Positions 11,011 through 21,384 of a stretch of 64,000 nt of DNA are shown here, one piece after another. The translations under genes and the position numbers were made by a program. Source of the stretch: Acidimicrobiia bacterium (GTDB lineage Bacteria; Actinomycetota; Acidimicrobiia; Spongiisociales; JAENVV01); NCBI GenBank assembly GCA_041577335.1, contig JBFGJH010000010.1, forward strand, positions 1 through 64,000, in the 5' to 3' direction. The notes under the pieces are model-generated. The model ran no database searches. It saw only the letters and a list, made by a program, of their open reading frames with translations, and was not told where the DNA came from. The number at the start of each line of letters is the position of its first letter. Within the stretch, counting starts at the first letter, position 1.

Positions 11011-11196
11011 ATGGCCAAGAAATCAATGATTGCAAAACAGCAGAGGAAGCCGAAGTTCTCGTCTCGTGCCTACAACAGGTGCAAGCGATGCGGCCGCCCG
11101 CGTGCATACCTCCGCAAGTTTGGAATGTGCCGAATTTGTGTTCGTGAGCTCGCCCGGCGTGGGGAGCTTCCCGGTGTCAGAAAGGCGTCGTGGTAG
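11011..11196 (+). CDS. rpsN: 30S ribosomal protein S14, Zn-binding type Z
   Basis: 61 aa, [23 protein letters not shown]. Confidence 0.98.
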   Translation: MAKKSMIAKQQRKPKFSSRAYNRCKRCGRPRAYLRKFGMCRICVRELARRGELPGVRKASW

Positions 11197-11198
11197 TC

Positions 11199-11594
11199 AT
11201 GATGACCGACCCGATTTCAGACATGCTGACTCGACTCCGCAACGCCAACATGGTGCTGAAGGAGTCGGCGTCGATGCCGTCTTCGAAGATGAAAGAGCGA
11301 ATCGCCCAGATCCTCGTGACAGAGGGCTACATCAACGGATACGACGTGGAGCCGGCCGGGCCGGGGCGCGAGCTGACGGTGCAACTCCGCTACGGGAGCA
11401 ACCGGGAGCGGGCGATTCACGGCATTCGTCGAGTCTCCAAGCCAGGGCGTCGCGTCTACGCCAAGTCAACAGACTTGCCAAGAGCGCAAGGCGGCCTCGG
11501 CGTTGTGGTGGTTTCCACCAGCCAGGGCCTCCTCCCCGACCGCGAGGCTCGGCGCCGCAAGCTCGGCGGCGAGATCATCTGCGAGGTGTGGTGA
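11199..11594 (+). CDS. rpsH: 30S ribosomal protein S8
   Basis: [34 protein letters not shown]. Confidence 0.98.
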   Translation: MMTDPISDMLTRLRNANMVLKESASMPSSKMKERIAQILVTEGYINGYDVEPAGPGRELTVQLRYGSNRERAIHGIRRVSKPGRRVYAKSTDLPRAQGGLGVVVVSTSQGLLPDREARRRKLGGEIICEVW

Positions 11595-12136
11595 TGTCGC
11601 GAATTGGCAAACAACCCATCGAGATCCCCTCGGGTGTTGACGTATCCGTGAGCGGCTCGACGGTGACCGTGAAAGGTCCGAAGGGCACCCTCGAGCGGAA
11701 CGTGACCGATCGCGTGAGCGTCAAGGTCGAGGACGGAGCGGTGCTGGTTGAGCGGTTCGACGACGAGCGCGCTTCCCGGTCGCAACATGGGCTGTTCCGT
11801 GCCCTCATCGCCAACATGGTCGTCGGTGTCTCGAATGGCTACAGCAAGGAGTTGGCGATTCAGGGCGTTGGATACCGTGCCGCCATGAAGGGATCCAGCC
11901 TGGAGCTGCAGGTCGGCTACAGCCACTCGGTGCTGCTCGATACGCCCGACGGCGTCAGCATCGAAGTGCCCGAGCCGACCAAGATCACGGTGTCGGGCAT
12001 CGACAAAGAATTGGTTGGGCAGACCGCCGCCAACATCCGCAAGGTCAAGCCACCCGAGCCCTACAAAGGCAAGGGCATCCGCTATGTGGATGAGTACGTT
12101 CGCCGCAAAGCCGGCAAGGCAGGTGTTGCACGATGA
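11594..12136 (+). CDS. rplF: 50S ribosomal protein L6
   Basis: [26 protein letters not shown]. Confidence 0.98.
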   Translation: MSRIGKQPIEIPSGVDVSVSGSTVTVKGPKGTLERNVTDRVSVKVEDGAVLVERFDDERASRSQHGLFRALIANMVVGVSNGYSKELAIQGVGYRAAMKGSSLELQVGYSHSVLLDTPDGVSIEVPEPTKITVSGIDKELVGQTAANIRKVKPPEPYKGKGIRYVDEYVRRKAGKAGVAR

Positions 12137-12486
12137 GTCGTTCTCGCGAAGCTGCGCGTATCCGGCGTCATCGGCGTGTGCGCAAGAAGGTACGAGGCAC
12201 GGCTGCCCGTCCCCGTTTGGCCGTCTACCGGTCGAACAAGTACATCTATGCGCAAGTCATCGACGATATCGCCGGGTCGACCGTGGTCGCCGCATCGTCG
12301 CTCGAGAAGGATCTTCGCAAGAAGAATCTGAACATCGAGACGGCGACGACCGTCGGCAAGATGCTCGGTGACCGAGCGAAAGAAGCCGGCGTCACCGAAG
12401 TGGTATTCGACCGGGGCGGCTATCCGTTCCATGGCCGGGTGAAGGCGCTCGCAGACGGTGCCAGATCTGCCGGATTGGAGTTCTAA
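12133..12486 (+). CDS. rplR: 50S ribosomal protein L18
   Basis: [30 protein letters not shown]. Confidence 0.98.
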   Translation: MSRSREAARIRRHRRVRKKVRGTAARPRLAVYRSNKYIYAQVIDDIAGSTVVAASSLEKDLRKKNLNIETATTVGKMLGDRAKEAGVTEVVFDRGGYPFHGRVKALADGARSAGLEF

Positions 12487-13052
12487 TGGCCCGTCAACAG
12501 AGACCCCAGAGGGAAGAGTCCCAGTACGACGAGAGAGTTGTCGACATCAATCGCGTCGCCAAAGTGGTCAAGGGTGGACGTCGGTTTTCGTTCACCGCTT
12601 TGTGCGTCGTAGGCGATGGCAACGGCCGAGTTGGCATCGGCTACGGCAAGGCGAAAGAGGTGCCTGCCGCCATCCAGAAGGGCCTCGACGAAGCGCGCAA
12701 GTCGATGAAGCTCGTGCCGATGGCTGGGCAGACGATCATTCACAAGATCGTTGGAGAACATGGTGCTTCCCGTGTGCTGCTGCAACCTGCCGCTCCCGGT
12801 ACCGGTGTTATCGCCGGAGGCTCCATACGCCAGATCCTCGAAGCAGCCGGCATCAAGGATGTGCTCGCCAAGTCGTTGGGTTCGCCGAGTCACCTGAACA
12901 CTGCCTTTGCCACGATGAAGGGCCTCGAAGGCCAACGCCGCCCGGACGAGGTGGCAAAACTTCGTGGCAAGTCTCCGGAGGAAGTTACGCCGCCCGGCCT
13001 CTTGGCCGCCTACCGCTCGACCGAAATGGTTCGGGCCCACACGAAGAAGTGA
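12486..13052 (+). CDS. rpsE: 30S ribosomal protein S5
   Basis: [32 protein letters not shown]. Confidence 0.98.
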   Translation: MARQQRPQREESQYDERVVDINRVAKVVKGGRRFSFTALCVVGDGNGRVGIGYGKAKEVPAAIQKGLDEARKSMKLVPMAGQTIIHKIVGEHGASRVLLQPAAPGTGVIAGGSIRQILEAAGIKDVLAKSLGSPSHLNTAFATMKGLEGQRRPDEVAKLRGKSPEEVTPPGLLAAYRSTEMVRAHTKK

Positions 13053-13057
13053 CGGTC

Positions 13058-13243
13058 ATGGCAGACAAGAAACTGATGGTCACCTTGACCAAGAGCCTGA
13101 TCGGCGAGAAGCCGAAAACGCGCGCCAATGTCCACAGCCTTGGCCTCCGCAGGATGCAACAGACCGTCGAGCACCGCGATACCCCCCAGATTCGCGGCAT
13201 GCTCCATCGCGTGGCGCATCTGGTCACGGTCGAAGAGGAATAG
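13058..13243 (+). CDS. rpmD: 50S ribosomal protein L30
   Basis: [29 protein letters not shown] 13058. Confidence 0.96.
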   Translation: MADKKLMVTLTKSLIGEKPKTRANVHSLGLRRMQQTVEHRDTPQIRGMLHRVAHLVTVEEE

Positions 13244-13251
13244 AGTCAGAT

Positions 13252-13710
13252 ATGAGTGAAAAACGAAACCAGCTTCAGCTGCATCATCTGAAGCCCCCGG
13301 CCGGTTCGAAGCCACGGAAGATCCGGGTCGGGCGGGGAGAGGGTGGCCGACGTGGCAAGACGGCAGGTCGGGGAACCAAGGGAACCCACGCCCGCAATAC
13401 CGTCCCGCCATGGTTCGAGGGTGGCCGGATGCCGTTGCATCGGCGCTTGCCGCAGCTCAAAGGCTTCAAGAACCCGAACAAGCAGATCTTCGCAGTGGTC
13501 AATGTCGGCGACCTCGGGAGCTTCTCGGCCAATTCCACGGTCACACCTGAGCACCTCCGGTCATCCGGGCTGGCTCGCAAGAAGGGCCTGGTCAAGATCC
13601 TCGCCGAAGGGGAGATCGACAGGGCGCTGACGGTGCGCGCGCACGCCTTCAGCAAGGGAGCCATCGTTAAAATCGAAGCGGCCGGCGGCTCGGTCGAGAT
13701 CATCGAGTAA
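13252..13710 (+). CDS. rplO: 50S ribosomal protein L15
   Basis: RVGRG..GKTAGRG.KG, FEGG.MPL.RRLP, KIEAAGG. Confidence 0.97.
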   Translation: MSEKRNQLQLHHLKPPAGSKPRKIRVGRGEGGRRGKTAGRGTKGTHARNTVPPWFEGGRMPLHRRLPQLKGFKNPNKQIFAVVNVGDLGSFSANSTVTPEHLRSSGLARKKGLVKILAEGEIDRALTVRAHAFSKGAIVKIEAAGGSVEIIE

Positions 13711-13779
13711 CCCCGGCTACCGGAGTTAGCAACGAGGGCGCGGTAGCGTCCTTGCCAACAATCAGAGGAAACGCGATCC

Positions 13780-15093
13780 ATGCTTGCCGTCTATCGCCAC
13801 ATGTTCACAATCCCAGATCTTCGCAAGAAGATCCTGTTCACGCTGGGTGTGTTTGCCATCTACCGGCTCGGCGCCACCATCCCTGTGCCGTACGCCGACC
13901 TGGATGCGGTGGAGCTGGTGGCGAGCCAAGGCGGTGGAGCGGGCGTGCTGGGGTTGATCAACCTCTTCTCCGGGGGAGCGCTCGAAGCGTTCTCCGTGTT
14001 CTCGCTCGGCATCCTTCCCTACATCACCGCCTCGATCATCATGCAGCTTCTCGCGGTGGTGATCCCTCACCTCCAACGCCTCCAGGAAGAAGGGGCATCC
14101 GGCCAGAAACGCATCACCGAGCTGACCCGGATCGTGACTGTCGTGCTGGCAGTGCTGCAGGCGACCACGTTCAGTGTTCTGTTCGCCAACGGATCGTTGA
14201 CCGGGGGCATACCGCTCATCCAGGATTACACCCCTCTCAAGGGTTTCGTCATCGTGTCAACGATGACGGCGGGAACCGCCGTCATCATGTGGCTGGGTGA
14301 ACAGATCACCCAGAAGGGTGTCGGAAACGGAATGTCGCTCATCATCTTCGTGTCGATCGTCGCGCAACTCCCGAGCCAGATCGGACAGATCTACCTGCAA
14401 ACCGCCGCAGTGAGCGCGTGGGGCCAGTACATCACGATGATGGCCATCTTCCTCTTCATGGTCGTAGCGATCCTGTATGTCGAACAAGGGCAGCGTCGGA
14501 TTCCGATTCAGTTCGCCAAGCGGGTTCGCGGCCGCCGGGTCATGGGCGGAAACGCCACCTACATCCCGCTCAAGGTCAACACCGCCGGAGTGATCCCCGT
14601 GATCTTTGCCACCTCGGTGCTGACGTTTCCGGCACTCCTGGTAACGATCATCCCGGCCCAGAGCAACTCGGCCGTCATCGGCATACGCAACTGGGTCGAC
14701 CGCAACCTGGCCAATCAGCAGGGCGGCACCTGGACCTACATCATCGTGCTGTTTTCGCTGGTGGTGTTCTTCACCTACTTCTATACGGCTATCCAGTTCG
14801 ACCCGGTGAAACAGGCTGACACGATCCAACGCCAGGGCGGCTTCATCCCCGGCGTTCGACCCGGCACTGCCACCGAACGGCACCTTGCTCACATCCTCAA
14901 TCGGATCACGTTGCCAGGCGCCATCTTCTTGGGAGCGATCACGGTATTGCCGGCCATCTTCGGGGTGATCTGGAATATCCAGATCTTCTTCTCCGGTGTG
15001 TCGCTGCTCATCGTGGTGGGTGTGGCGCTCGAGACGATGAAACAGATCGAGAGCCAGCTGACGATGCGGAACTACGAAGGATTCCTGACTTGA
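13780..15093 (+). CDS. secY: Preprotein translocase subunit SecY
   Basis: LGILPYITASII, GVGNG.SLIIF, PLKVNTAGVIPVIFA, GGFIPGVRPG. Confidence 0.99.
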   Translation: MLAVYRHMFTIPDLRKKILFTLGVFAIYRLGATIPVPYADLDAVELVASQGGGAGVLGLINLFSGGALEAFSVFSLGILPYITASIIMQLLAVVIPHLQRLQEEGASGQKRITELTRIVTVVLAVLQATTFSVLFANGSLTGGIPLIQDYTPLKGFVIVSTMTAGTAVIMWLGEQITQKGVGNGMSLIIFVSIVAQLPSQIGQIYLQTAAVSAWGQYITMMAIFLFMVVAILYVEQGQRRIPIQFAKRVRGRRVMGGNATYIPLKVNTAGVIPVIFATSVLTFPALLVTIIPAQSNSAVIGIRNWVDRNLANQQGGTWTYIIVLFSLVVFFTYFYTAIQFDPVKQADTIQRQGGFIPGVRPGTATERHLAHILNRITLPGAIFLGAITVLPAIFGVIWNIQIFFSGVSLLIVVGVALETMKQIESQLTMRNYEGFLT

Positions 15094-15136
15094 ACGGCTG
15101 GGCCGTTCAAGTCACCTCGTCTACGGCGAGGTCATT

Positions 15137-15778
15137 GTGAAGTTGCTGTTTCTGGGGCCACCTGGGGCCGGCAAGGGGACGCAGGCGGTTCGGATTGCGG
15201 ATCGAGCCGGGATTCCCCATATCGCCACCGGCAACATGTTGCGAGAAGCCGTCGCTGCCGAGACAGAGCTCGGTCTCATTGCCAAGGACATCATGGCTGC
15301 GGGCGACCTCGTCTCCGACGACCTCGTCATCGGCCTGCTCAACGACAGGATCGCCCGGGAGGACGCAGCCGGAGGCTTCATTCTCGACGGGTTTCCCCGC
15401 AATGTCGCCCAGGCAGAGGCGCTCGTCCAGGAGCTCGGCGACGATGCCCTCGACGCGGCAGTCTTGATCGTCGTTGATGACGACGAGATCGTACGCCGAA
15501 TCTCGGGCCGGCGAACATGCCCTCAGCAACACGTGTACCACGTCGACGACAATCCCCCCCGAATCGCAGGCATCTGCGACCAAGACGGCGAAGCGCTCAT
15601 CCAGCGTGATGACGACCAAGCAGAGGTCGTTCGGAATCGACTCGACGTGTACCGGGAACAGACAGAGCCGCTCGTTGCGTTCTACGAGGGACGGGGGCTT
15701 GCCATCCATCGCATCGATGGGGTCGGTGACCTCGCCTCCATCGAGGCTGCGATAGCATCCGCGTTGGGACTGTCATGA
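15137..15778 (+). CDS. adk: Adenylate kinase
   Basis: GPPGAGKGTQA, LDGFPR, QRDDD. Confidence 0.98.
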   Translation: MKLLFLGPPGAGKGTQAVRIADRAGIPHIATGNMLREAVAAETELGLIAKDIMAAGDLVSDDLVIGLLNDRIAREDAAGGFILDGFPRNVAQAEALVQELGDDALDAAVLIVVDDDEIVRRISGRRTCPQQHVYHVDDNPPRIAGICDQDGEALIQRDDDQAEVVRNRLDVYREQTEPLVAFYEGRGLAIHRIDGVGDLASIEAAIASALGLS

Positions 15779-16563
15779 TCACGCTCAAAAAACCAGAGGA
15801 TTTCGCCAAGATGGCGACCGCCGGCGTCTGCGTCGCCGCAGTACATGCGGCGGTTCGCGAGGCAGCGCGACCTGGTGTCTCGATGCGACAGCTCGATGAG
15901 ACCGCCGCCTCGGTCACCGAGGCTCATGGCTGCCACCCTTCCTTTCTCAACTATCACGGCTTCCCGGCGCACATCTGCGCTTCGCCGAATTCGGTGATCG
16001 TCCATGGTATTCCCGACGATTATCGGCTGAGGGACGGGGATATTCTCTCGATCGACTCCGGGGCGATCTTTGAGGGGTATCACGCCGACGCCGCGTTCAC
16101 GATGGGCATCGGCGACATCGACGACGAAGCTCAACGACTGATTGACACCACCGAAAAGGCAATGTGGGCGGGGATCGCGGCGGTTGCGGATGGAGGCCGG
16201 GTCGGTGATGTCGGGGCGGCGGTGTTCGCAGTAGGCGATGGCGCCGGATTCGGCGTCGTGCGTGAGTACGTGGGGCACGGTATCGGGCGAAACATGCATG
16301 AAAAGCCCGAAGTTCCCAACCACGGGAAGCCAGGCACCGGTATGCGTCTCCGTACTGGTATGGCGATTTGCATCGAGCCGATGTTCAACGCCGGCACCCA
16401 TGAATCGTATGTCGAGGACGACGGGTGGACTGTCGTGACCGCCGACGGTGCTCTTTCTGCACACTTCGAGCACACGGTGGCGCTCACGCCTGACGGGGTC
16501 GAGGTACTCACCGATCCCGAGCGGCGCACGTCCGATTTGTGGCCGTTCGCCCGGAGCGGCTAA
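15775..16563 (+). CDS. map: Methionine aminopeptidase type I
   Basis: VHGIP, GHGIG..MHE.P, IEPM, SAHFEHTV. Confidence 0.97.
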   Translation: MITLKKPEDFAKMATAGVCVAAVHAAVREAARPGVSMRQLDETAASVTEAHGCHPSFLNYHGFPAHICASPNSVIVHGIPDDYRLRDGDILSIDSGAIFEGYHADAAFTMGIGDIDDEAQRLIDTTEKAMWAGIAAVADGGRVGDVGAAVFAVGDGAGFGVVREYVGHGIGRNMHEKPEVPNHGKPGTGMRLRTGMAICIEPMFNAGTHESYVEDDGWTVVTADGALSAHFEHTVALTPDGVEVLTDPERRTSDLWPFARSG

Positions 16564-16566
16564 CCT

Positions 16567-16734
16567 TACCGCCCGTTGTCACGGGCCGGTTTTCTCTGCC
16601 CGAATGGGCGAAAACCAGGTTGAGGAGCCTCCAAACGGGTCGGCGACGAACGAGTCACGACCCGGCGTTTCCGTTCCCTTCTGCCAAGAGCGAGGGTGGC
16701 GTGCGCGGTGGGCTCAACCACATGGAGAGTTGAA
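16567..16734 (+). promoter_or_regulatory. Structured 5' leader of alpha operon (putative r-protein leader)
   Basis: Candidate promoter TTGTGG-18-TAACCT (16537-16566); nested stems GGTTTTC..GAAAACC, GGTTGAG..CTCAACC, GGGTCG..CGACCC. Confidence 0.45.
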
Positions 16735-16848
16735 ATGAAGGTGCGGCCTTCTGCAAAGAAGATGTGTGAGAAATGTCGGATCATCCGGCGTCATGGGCGC
16801 GTTTGGGTGATCTGTTCAAACCCGCGGCACAAGCAGCGACAGGGGTAA
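16735..16848 (+). CDS. rpmJ: 50S ribosomal protein L36 (absent from ORF track)
   Basis: Manual translation [44 protein letters not shown]. Confidence 0.98.
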   Translation: MKVRPSAKKMCEKCRIIRRHGRVWVICSNPRHKQRQG

Positions 16849-16856
16849 GTAGAAAT

Positions 16857-17234
16857 ATGGCTCGAATTGCAGGAGTTGATCTTCCACGAGAGAAGCGCAT
16901 CGAGATCGCTTTGACCTACATCTACGGGATCGGACGGACCCGTTCGGTTGAAATGATCACCGAACTCGACCTCGATCCTGACACCAAGACCCGTGATCTC
17001 ACCGAAGACGAGGTTCTCCGGATTCGTCGCCACATCGACCAGAACTATCGGGTCGAAGGCGACTTGCGTCGTGAAGTCGCCCAGAACATCAAACGCAAGG
17101 TCGAAATCGGTTCATACCAAGGTATCCGTCATCGCCGGGGACTCCCCGTGCGAGGACAACGCACGCATACCAATGCGCGCACCCGCAAGGGCAAGAGAGT
17201 GGCCATTGCCGGTAAGAAAAAAGTAACGAAGTAG
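16857..17234 (+). CDS. rpsM: 30S ribosomal protein S13
   Basis: [30 protein letters not shown]. Confidence 0.99.
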   Translation: MARIAGVDLPREKRIEIALTYIYGIGRTRSVEMITELDLDPDTKTRDLTEDEVLRIRRHIDQNYRVEGDLRREVAQNIKRKVEIGSYQGIRHRRGLPVRGQRTHTNARTRKGKRVAIAGKKKVTK

Positions 17235-17249
17235 TCCTCGGAGGCTTGA

Positions 17250-17639
17250 GTGGCTGAGCAACAGAGGCGCGTTCGTCGCCGGGAACGAAAGAACATCGCC
17301 CACGGTGTCGCGCACATCAAGGCGAGTTTCAACAACACGATCATCACGATATCCGACGTCGGTGGCAACGCCGTCGTTTGGACATCAGGTGGGTCGGTCG
17401 GGTTCAAAGGGTCTCGCAAGTCGACTCCCTACGCTGCGCAGGTGGCGGCAGAGGAGGCAGCTCGCCGGGCCGGCGAACACGGGATCCGCAAGCTCGATGT
17501 GATTGTCAGCGGCACCGGCTCCGGTCGCGACACCGCCGTGCGCACGCTTCAAAACATGGGTATGGAAGTGTCGGGAATCCGCGACGTGACCCCGATTCCC
17601 CACAATGGGTGCCGGCCGAAGAAGCGGAGGAACCGCTGA
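17250..17639 (+). CDS. rpsK: 30S ribosomal protein S11
   Basis: [33 protein letters not shown]. Confidence 0.99.
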   Translation: MAEQQRRVRRRERKNIAHGVAHIKASFNNTIITISDVGGNAVVWTSGGSVGFKGSRKSTPYAAQVAAEEAARRAGEHGIRKLDVIVSGTGSGRDTAVRTLQNMGMEVSGIRDVTPIPHNGCRPKKRRNR

Positions 17640-18244
17640 TGGCTCGCTACACCGGACCCAAGCACAAGGCGTGTCGTCGAGCGCAGACTCCTCTGTGCCA
17701 GACGAAGAAATGCCCGGTCGACAAGCGTCCCTACCCACCCGGTGAACACGGCCGCGGTCGCATCCGCGAGTCCGACTACCTCGTGCAGCTGCGCGAAAAG
17801 CAGAAGCTCCGGTACATGTATGGAGTGCTGGAGCGTCAGTTCCGGAACTATTACGATCGGGCTGCGCGGCAGAAGGGAATCACCGGCGACAATCTGCTGC
17901 GAATTCTCGAGAGTCGGCTCGACAATGTCGTCTACCGGAGCGGGTTTGCCGCAACGCGTCCGCAGGCGCGCCAGCTCGTCAATCATGGTCATTTCCTCGT
18001 CAACGGCAGGAAGGTCGATATCCCCTCGTATCAGGTGCGTGCCGGGGACGTTGTCACCGTGAAGGAAAAGAGCTCGGACCTCATCATCATTCAGCATGCC
18101 ATCGACACCTCGGATTCCGCCACACCGGAATGGCTGAGCGTCGACGCGGGCGAGCGCCGCATCTCGGTGACCGACCTGCCCAACCGTACCCAGATCGATA
18201 CACCCATCCAGGAACAGCTCATCGTCGAGCTCTACTCGAAGTAA
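17639..18244 (+). CDS. rpsD: 30S ribosomal protein S4
   Basis: MARYTGP, QLREKQK, LESRLDNVVYR, EQLIVELYSK. Confidence 0.99.
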   Translation: MARYTGPKHKACRRAQTPLCQTKKCPVDKRPYPPGEHGRGRIRESDYLVQLREKQKLRYMYGVLERQFRNYYDRAARQKGITGDNLLRILESRLDNVVYRSGFAATRPQARQLVNHGHFLVNGRKVDIPSYQVRAGDVVTVKEKSSDLIIIQHAIDTSDSATPEWLSVDAGERRISVTDLPNRTQIDTPIQEQLIVELYSK

Positions 18245-18254
18245 GGAACTGAAG

Positions 18255-19208
18255 TTGTTGATTGTTCAGCGCCCACAGATTGAAGAGCGGCCGCAGGCCG
18301 ACAACCGGTCCCAGTTCGTCGTAGAGCCGCTCGAGCCAGGCTTCGGATACACATTGGGCAACACACTTCGCAGGACCCTCCTGTCCCGGATTCCTGGGGC
18401 AGCCGTGACGACTCTCCAGATCGAGGGTGTCCAGCACGAGTTTGGGACGGTGAAAGGCGTCGTCGAAGACGTCGTCGACATCATTCTCAACGTCAAGCAG
18501 ATCGTCGTGAGGACCGAAGACAACGATCCCCAGACGCTCTACCTCTCCGCAAAAGGGGCAGGCGAGGTCACGGCAGCGGACCTCAAGGTGCCCAGTGGAG
18601 TTGAGATCGTCAACCCCGACCTGCACATCGCATCGCTTTCTGCGAGTGGCCGGCTCGAAATGGAGCTGACCGTCGAAGCCGGAGTCGGCTATCGGACGGC
18701 GGTGAAGTCACCGGGAACCGAAACCATCGGTGTGATCCCCATCGACTCGATCTTTTCCCCTGTCCGCAAGGTGGCCTATCGCGTCGAGAGCACTCAGGTT
18801 GGAATCATGACCAACTTCGATCGACTCGTGCTCGATGTGGAAACCGACGGCTCGCTCGAGCCTGGAGAAGCCGTCTCATCGGCTGGAAAGACACTCCGCG
18901 AGCTCTTGGGCCTCTTTGCCGACATCGGCGAGGGCGTCGGGCTCGAGCTCGGCGAGGTATCCACGCCCGACTCTGGCTCTCCCGACCTCGACCTTCCGAT
19001 TGAAGCGCTCGACCTCTCCGAGCGGCCCCGCAACTGCTTGCGGCGCGCCCAGGTGAAGACCGTTGGCGAGCTGGTGCAGAAGTCGGAGGATGACCTGCTC
19101 AACATCACCAACTTTGGTCAGAAGAGCCTCGAAGAGGTCATCGCCAAGCTCGACGAGTTGGGCCTGAGCCTCTCGACCGGCGCCGAGACCTCTGCTGGAG
19201 CCGTGTGA
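18255..19208 (+). CDS. rpoA: RNA polymerase alpha subunit
   Basis: [36 protein letters not shown]. Confidence 0.99.
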   Translation: MLIVQRPQIEERPQADNRSQFVVEPLEPGFGYTLGNTLRRTLLSRIPGAAVTTLQIEGVQHEFGTVKGVVEDVVDIILNVKQIVVRTEDNDPQTLYLSAKGAGEVTAADLKVPSGVEIVNPDLHIASLSASGRLEMELTVEAGVGYRTAVKSPGTETIGVIPIDSIFSPVRKVAYRVESTQVGIMTNFDRLVLDVETDGSLEPGEAVSSAGKTLRELLGLFADIGEGVGLELGEVSTPDSGSPDLDLPIEALDLSERPRNCLRRAQVKTVGELVQKSEDDLLNITNFGQKSLEEVIAKLDELGLSLSTGAETSAGAV

Positions 19209-19558
19209 TGCCGCGCCCCACCAAAGGCAAAAGGTTGGGCGGCAGCCCGAGCCACCAGAAAGCCATGCTGGCCAACTTGTCGGCATCGCTTTTCTGGGAC
19301 GAGAAGATCACGACCACCGTCACCAGGGCCAAGGCCATGCGTCCGTACGCTGAGAAGCTGATCACCAAGGCGAAATCCGGGTCACTCCACGACCGTCGCC
19401 AGGTGCTCGCCCACATCACCGACAACGACGTGGTCACCAAGCTCTTCGACGACATCGGTCCACGATATGCCGATCGGAACGGCGGATACACACGGGTCGT
19501 GAAGATCGGCCCGCGTCGCGGCGACAACGCCGAGATGGCGGTCATCGAGTTGGTCTAG
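19208..19558 (+). CDS. rplQ: 50S ribosomal protein L17
   Basis: ITTT..RAK, R.GGYTR..K.GPR.GD.A.MA.IEL. Confidence 0.98.
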   Translation: MPRPTKGKRLGGSPSHQKAMLANLSASLFWDEKITTTVTRAKAMRPYAEKLITKAKSGSLHDRRQVLAHITDNDVVTKLFDDIGPRYADRNGGYTRVVKIGPRRGDNAEMAVIELV

Positions 19559-19710
19559 CCGAGCGAGGCAGGCCTTGCTCGGATTCCTTTCGGGTCCGAC
19601 CCTTCGGCCGCGCTCGTCCTGTCGCTGCGGCGTACACACCGCCGCACCTTCGAGCTTCCCCCCTCGAGCTCTCGTGGGTCGTGGAGGTTGGTCCGAGCCG
19701 CCGATTCCAC
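19559..19710 (+). repeat. Multi-hairpin intergenic element, copy A
   Basis: CCGAGCGAGG-CAGG-CCTTGCTCGG directly after rplQ TAG, then ATTC, a degenerate P2 (CC-CTTC-GGCCGCGCTC) and P3 TGCGGCG-TACACAC-CGCCGCA-CCTTC; same architecture as 38674 and 52474. Confidence 0.65.
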
Positions 19711-19827
19711 TCTTCGCGTCAGAGCCTGATGCTTAAGGTGTTTTTAACTGTTGCTTGAGGAAGCATCGACTTCGGGAGCGGTACCTTCGCCCGCAAGCTT
19801 GGGGGCGAACATCGAAAGTGAATATCT

Positions 19828-20823
19828 GTGCGCGCCTCCCAGCACCGTTCCATCCTATTCGCCGTCGTCCTAACCTTTCTCGCCGTGCTCGTCGCCGTCC
19901 CGGCGAGTGCCGGTTCTGACGCAGACTCGTTCGAAGACTGCCTGCTGACGAAGATCAATACCGATCGAGCTTCCGAAGGCCTCGGCTCGGTCACCATGGC
20001 TGTGGATCTCATCGACGGCGTTCGGGATCATTCGGAGTGGATGTCGGTCAACGTCTTCGAGCACATGGCGTCCTCCACCCGCGATGGGCTGCTTCCCGAC
20101 TCGACGATCACCTGGGGCGAAAACGTCGCTTACGCCAGCGTTATCTCCGACTGTGACTACATCCACGAGATGCTGATGGATTCGCCCGGCCATCGCGCCA
20201 ACATCCTCAACGGTTCGTTTCGGTTCGTGGCGCTCGGTGCCTACCTCGACGGCACGGCGGCGTGGGTCACCGAGTTGTTCTTCGATGCCTCCGACTATGC
20301 CCCCGAGGGCGACGGGCTCTTCTGGGACGACGACGGCAACATCATGGAAGCCGACATCGAGAAGCTGGCGCTGGCCGGGATCACCAGTGGGTGTGGGCCT
20401 GGGATGTTCTGTCCCTACGACTCGGTGACGCGAGGGCAGATGGCCGCCTTTCTGGTGCGGGCACTGGGGCTTCCCGCAGCGGGATCGTATGGGTTCTCTG
20501 ATACGTCGGGAAGCACTTTTGCCTCCGACATCGACAGCCTCGCCGGCGCGGGTGTCACCACCGGTTGCGGGAGTGGCCAGTACTGCCCCAACGACGACGT
20601 GACGCGTGGTCAGATGGCTGCCTTTTTGGTGCGAGCCCTCGATCTGCCCCCGGTGGAGTCGTACGGATTCTCCGACACCTCGGGCAACCCCTTCCAGGCC
20701 GACATCGACAGTCTTGCCGCCGCAGGCATCACAACCGGGTGTGGCAATGGCAAGTTCTGCCCAAACGAAAGCGTGACCCGTGCTCAGATGGCAGCGTTCC
20801 TCGTTCGGGCTCTCGGGCTGTAG
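19828..20823 (+). CDS. Secreted CAP/SCP-domain protein with three SLH-like repeats
   Basis: Signal peptide; GENVA..LMDSPGHRANIL (CAP); 3x GIT.GC....FCP...VTR.QMAAFLVRAL. Confidence 0.85.
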   Translation: MRASQHRSILFAVVLTFLAVLVAVPASAGSDADSFEDCLLTKINTDRASEGLGSVTMAVDLIDGVRDHSEWMSVNVFEHMASSTRDGLLPDSTITWGENVAYASVISDCDYIHEMLMDSPGHRANILNGSFRFVALGAYLDGTAAWVTELFFDASDYAPEGDGLFWDDDGNIMEADIEKLALAGITSGCGPGMFCPYDSVTRGQMAAFLVRALGLPAAGSYGFSDTSGSTFASDIDSLAGAGVTTGCGSGQYCPNDDVTRGQMAAFLVRALDLPPVESYGFSDTSGNPFQADIDSLAAAGITTGCGNGKFCPNESVTRAQMAAFLVRALGL

Positions 20824-20873
20824 TCCCGGAACGACGACCGCTCAGGGCAGCGCGCTCACGCCCCCGCCAACTT

Positions 20874-21332
20874 TCAGATGCTGAGTGAGGCGGCAACGTC
20901 CGCCTGGCCGGTGTGCAGCGTGTCGTGAAACAAGTAGAAGTGCATCTGATCGTGGCCGGTGGCGAAACGATCAGGTCGATCTGAGGGATCGGCGAGCACC
21001 GATTGCTCGATGCTTCCCAGTGCTTCGGCGACTGCCTCCGCAGAGGCCTTGAGCTCCTCGACCAGGGTCGAGAACGGGAGGACCCCGGGTCCGTCGCTCA
21101 AAATGGGATCGCTTTCACGGGCGTACCGCTCGAAACGCTCAATGCCTGACGGGTCGGCCTTCGCTGCGGCCAGCACGACATGCCGGTAGTTGATCATGTG
21201 GCCGACCAACCAATTCACGCAGTTGGCTGCCCCCCCGATCTGCGTGAGGCTCTGTTCGTGGGTGAGGTCTGCTATCCGTTGATCGAGATAACTCGAATTG
21301 CGGCGAAATCCGTCGACGAGGACTGAGCTCAT
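20874..21332 (-). CDS. DinB-family protein
   Basis: N.V.WLVGHM and FHDTLHTGQ metal-binding His pattern. Confidence 0.75.
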   Translation of the reverse strand: MSSVLVDGFRRNSSYLDQRIADLTHEQSLTQIGGAANCVNWLVGHMINYRHVVLAAAKADPSGIERFERYARESDPILSDGPGVLPFSTLVEELKASAEAVAEALGSIEQSVLADPSDRPDRFATGHDQMHFYLFHDTLHTGQADVAASLSI

Positions 21333-21384
21333 GACGGCAACGCTACTCGGCGACGTCGCCGGCGGAGGCGTCTACCCTCCTGAC

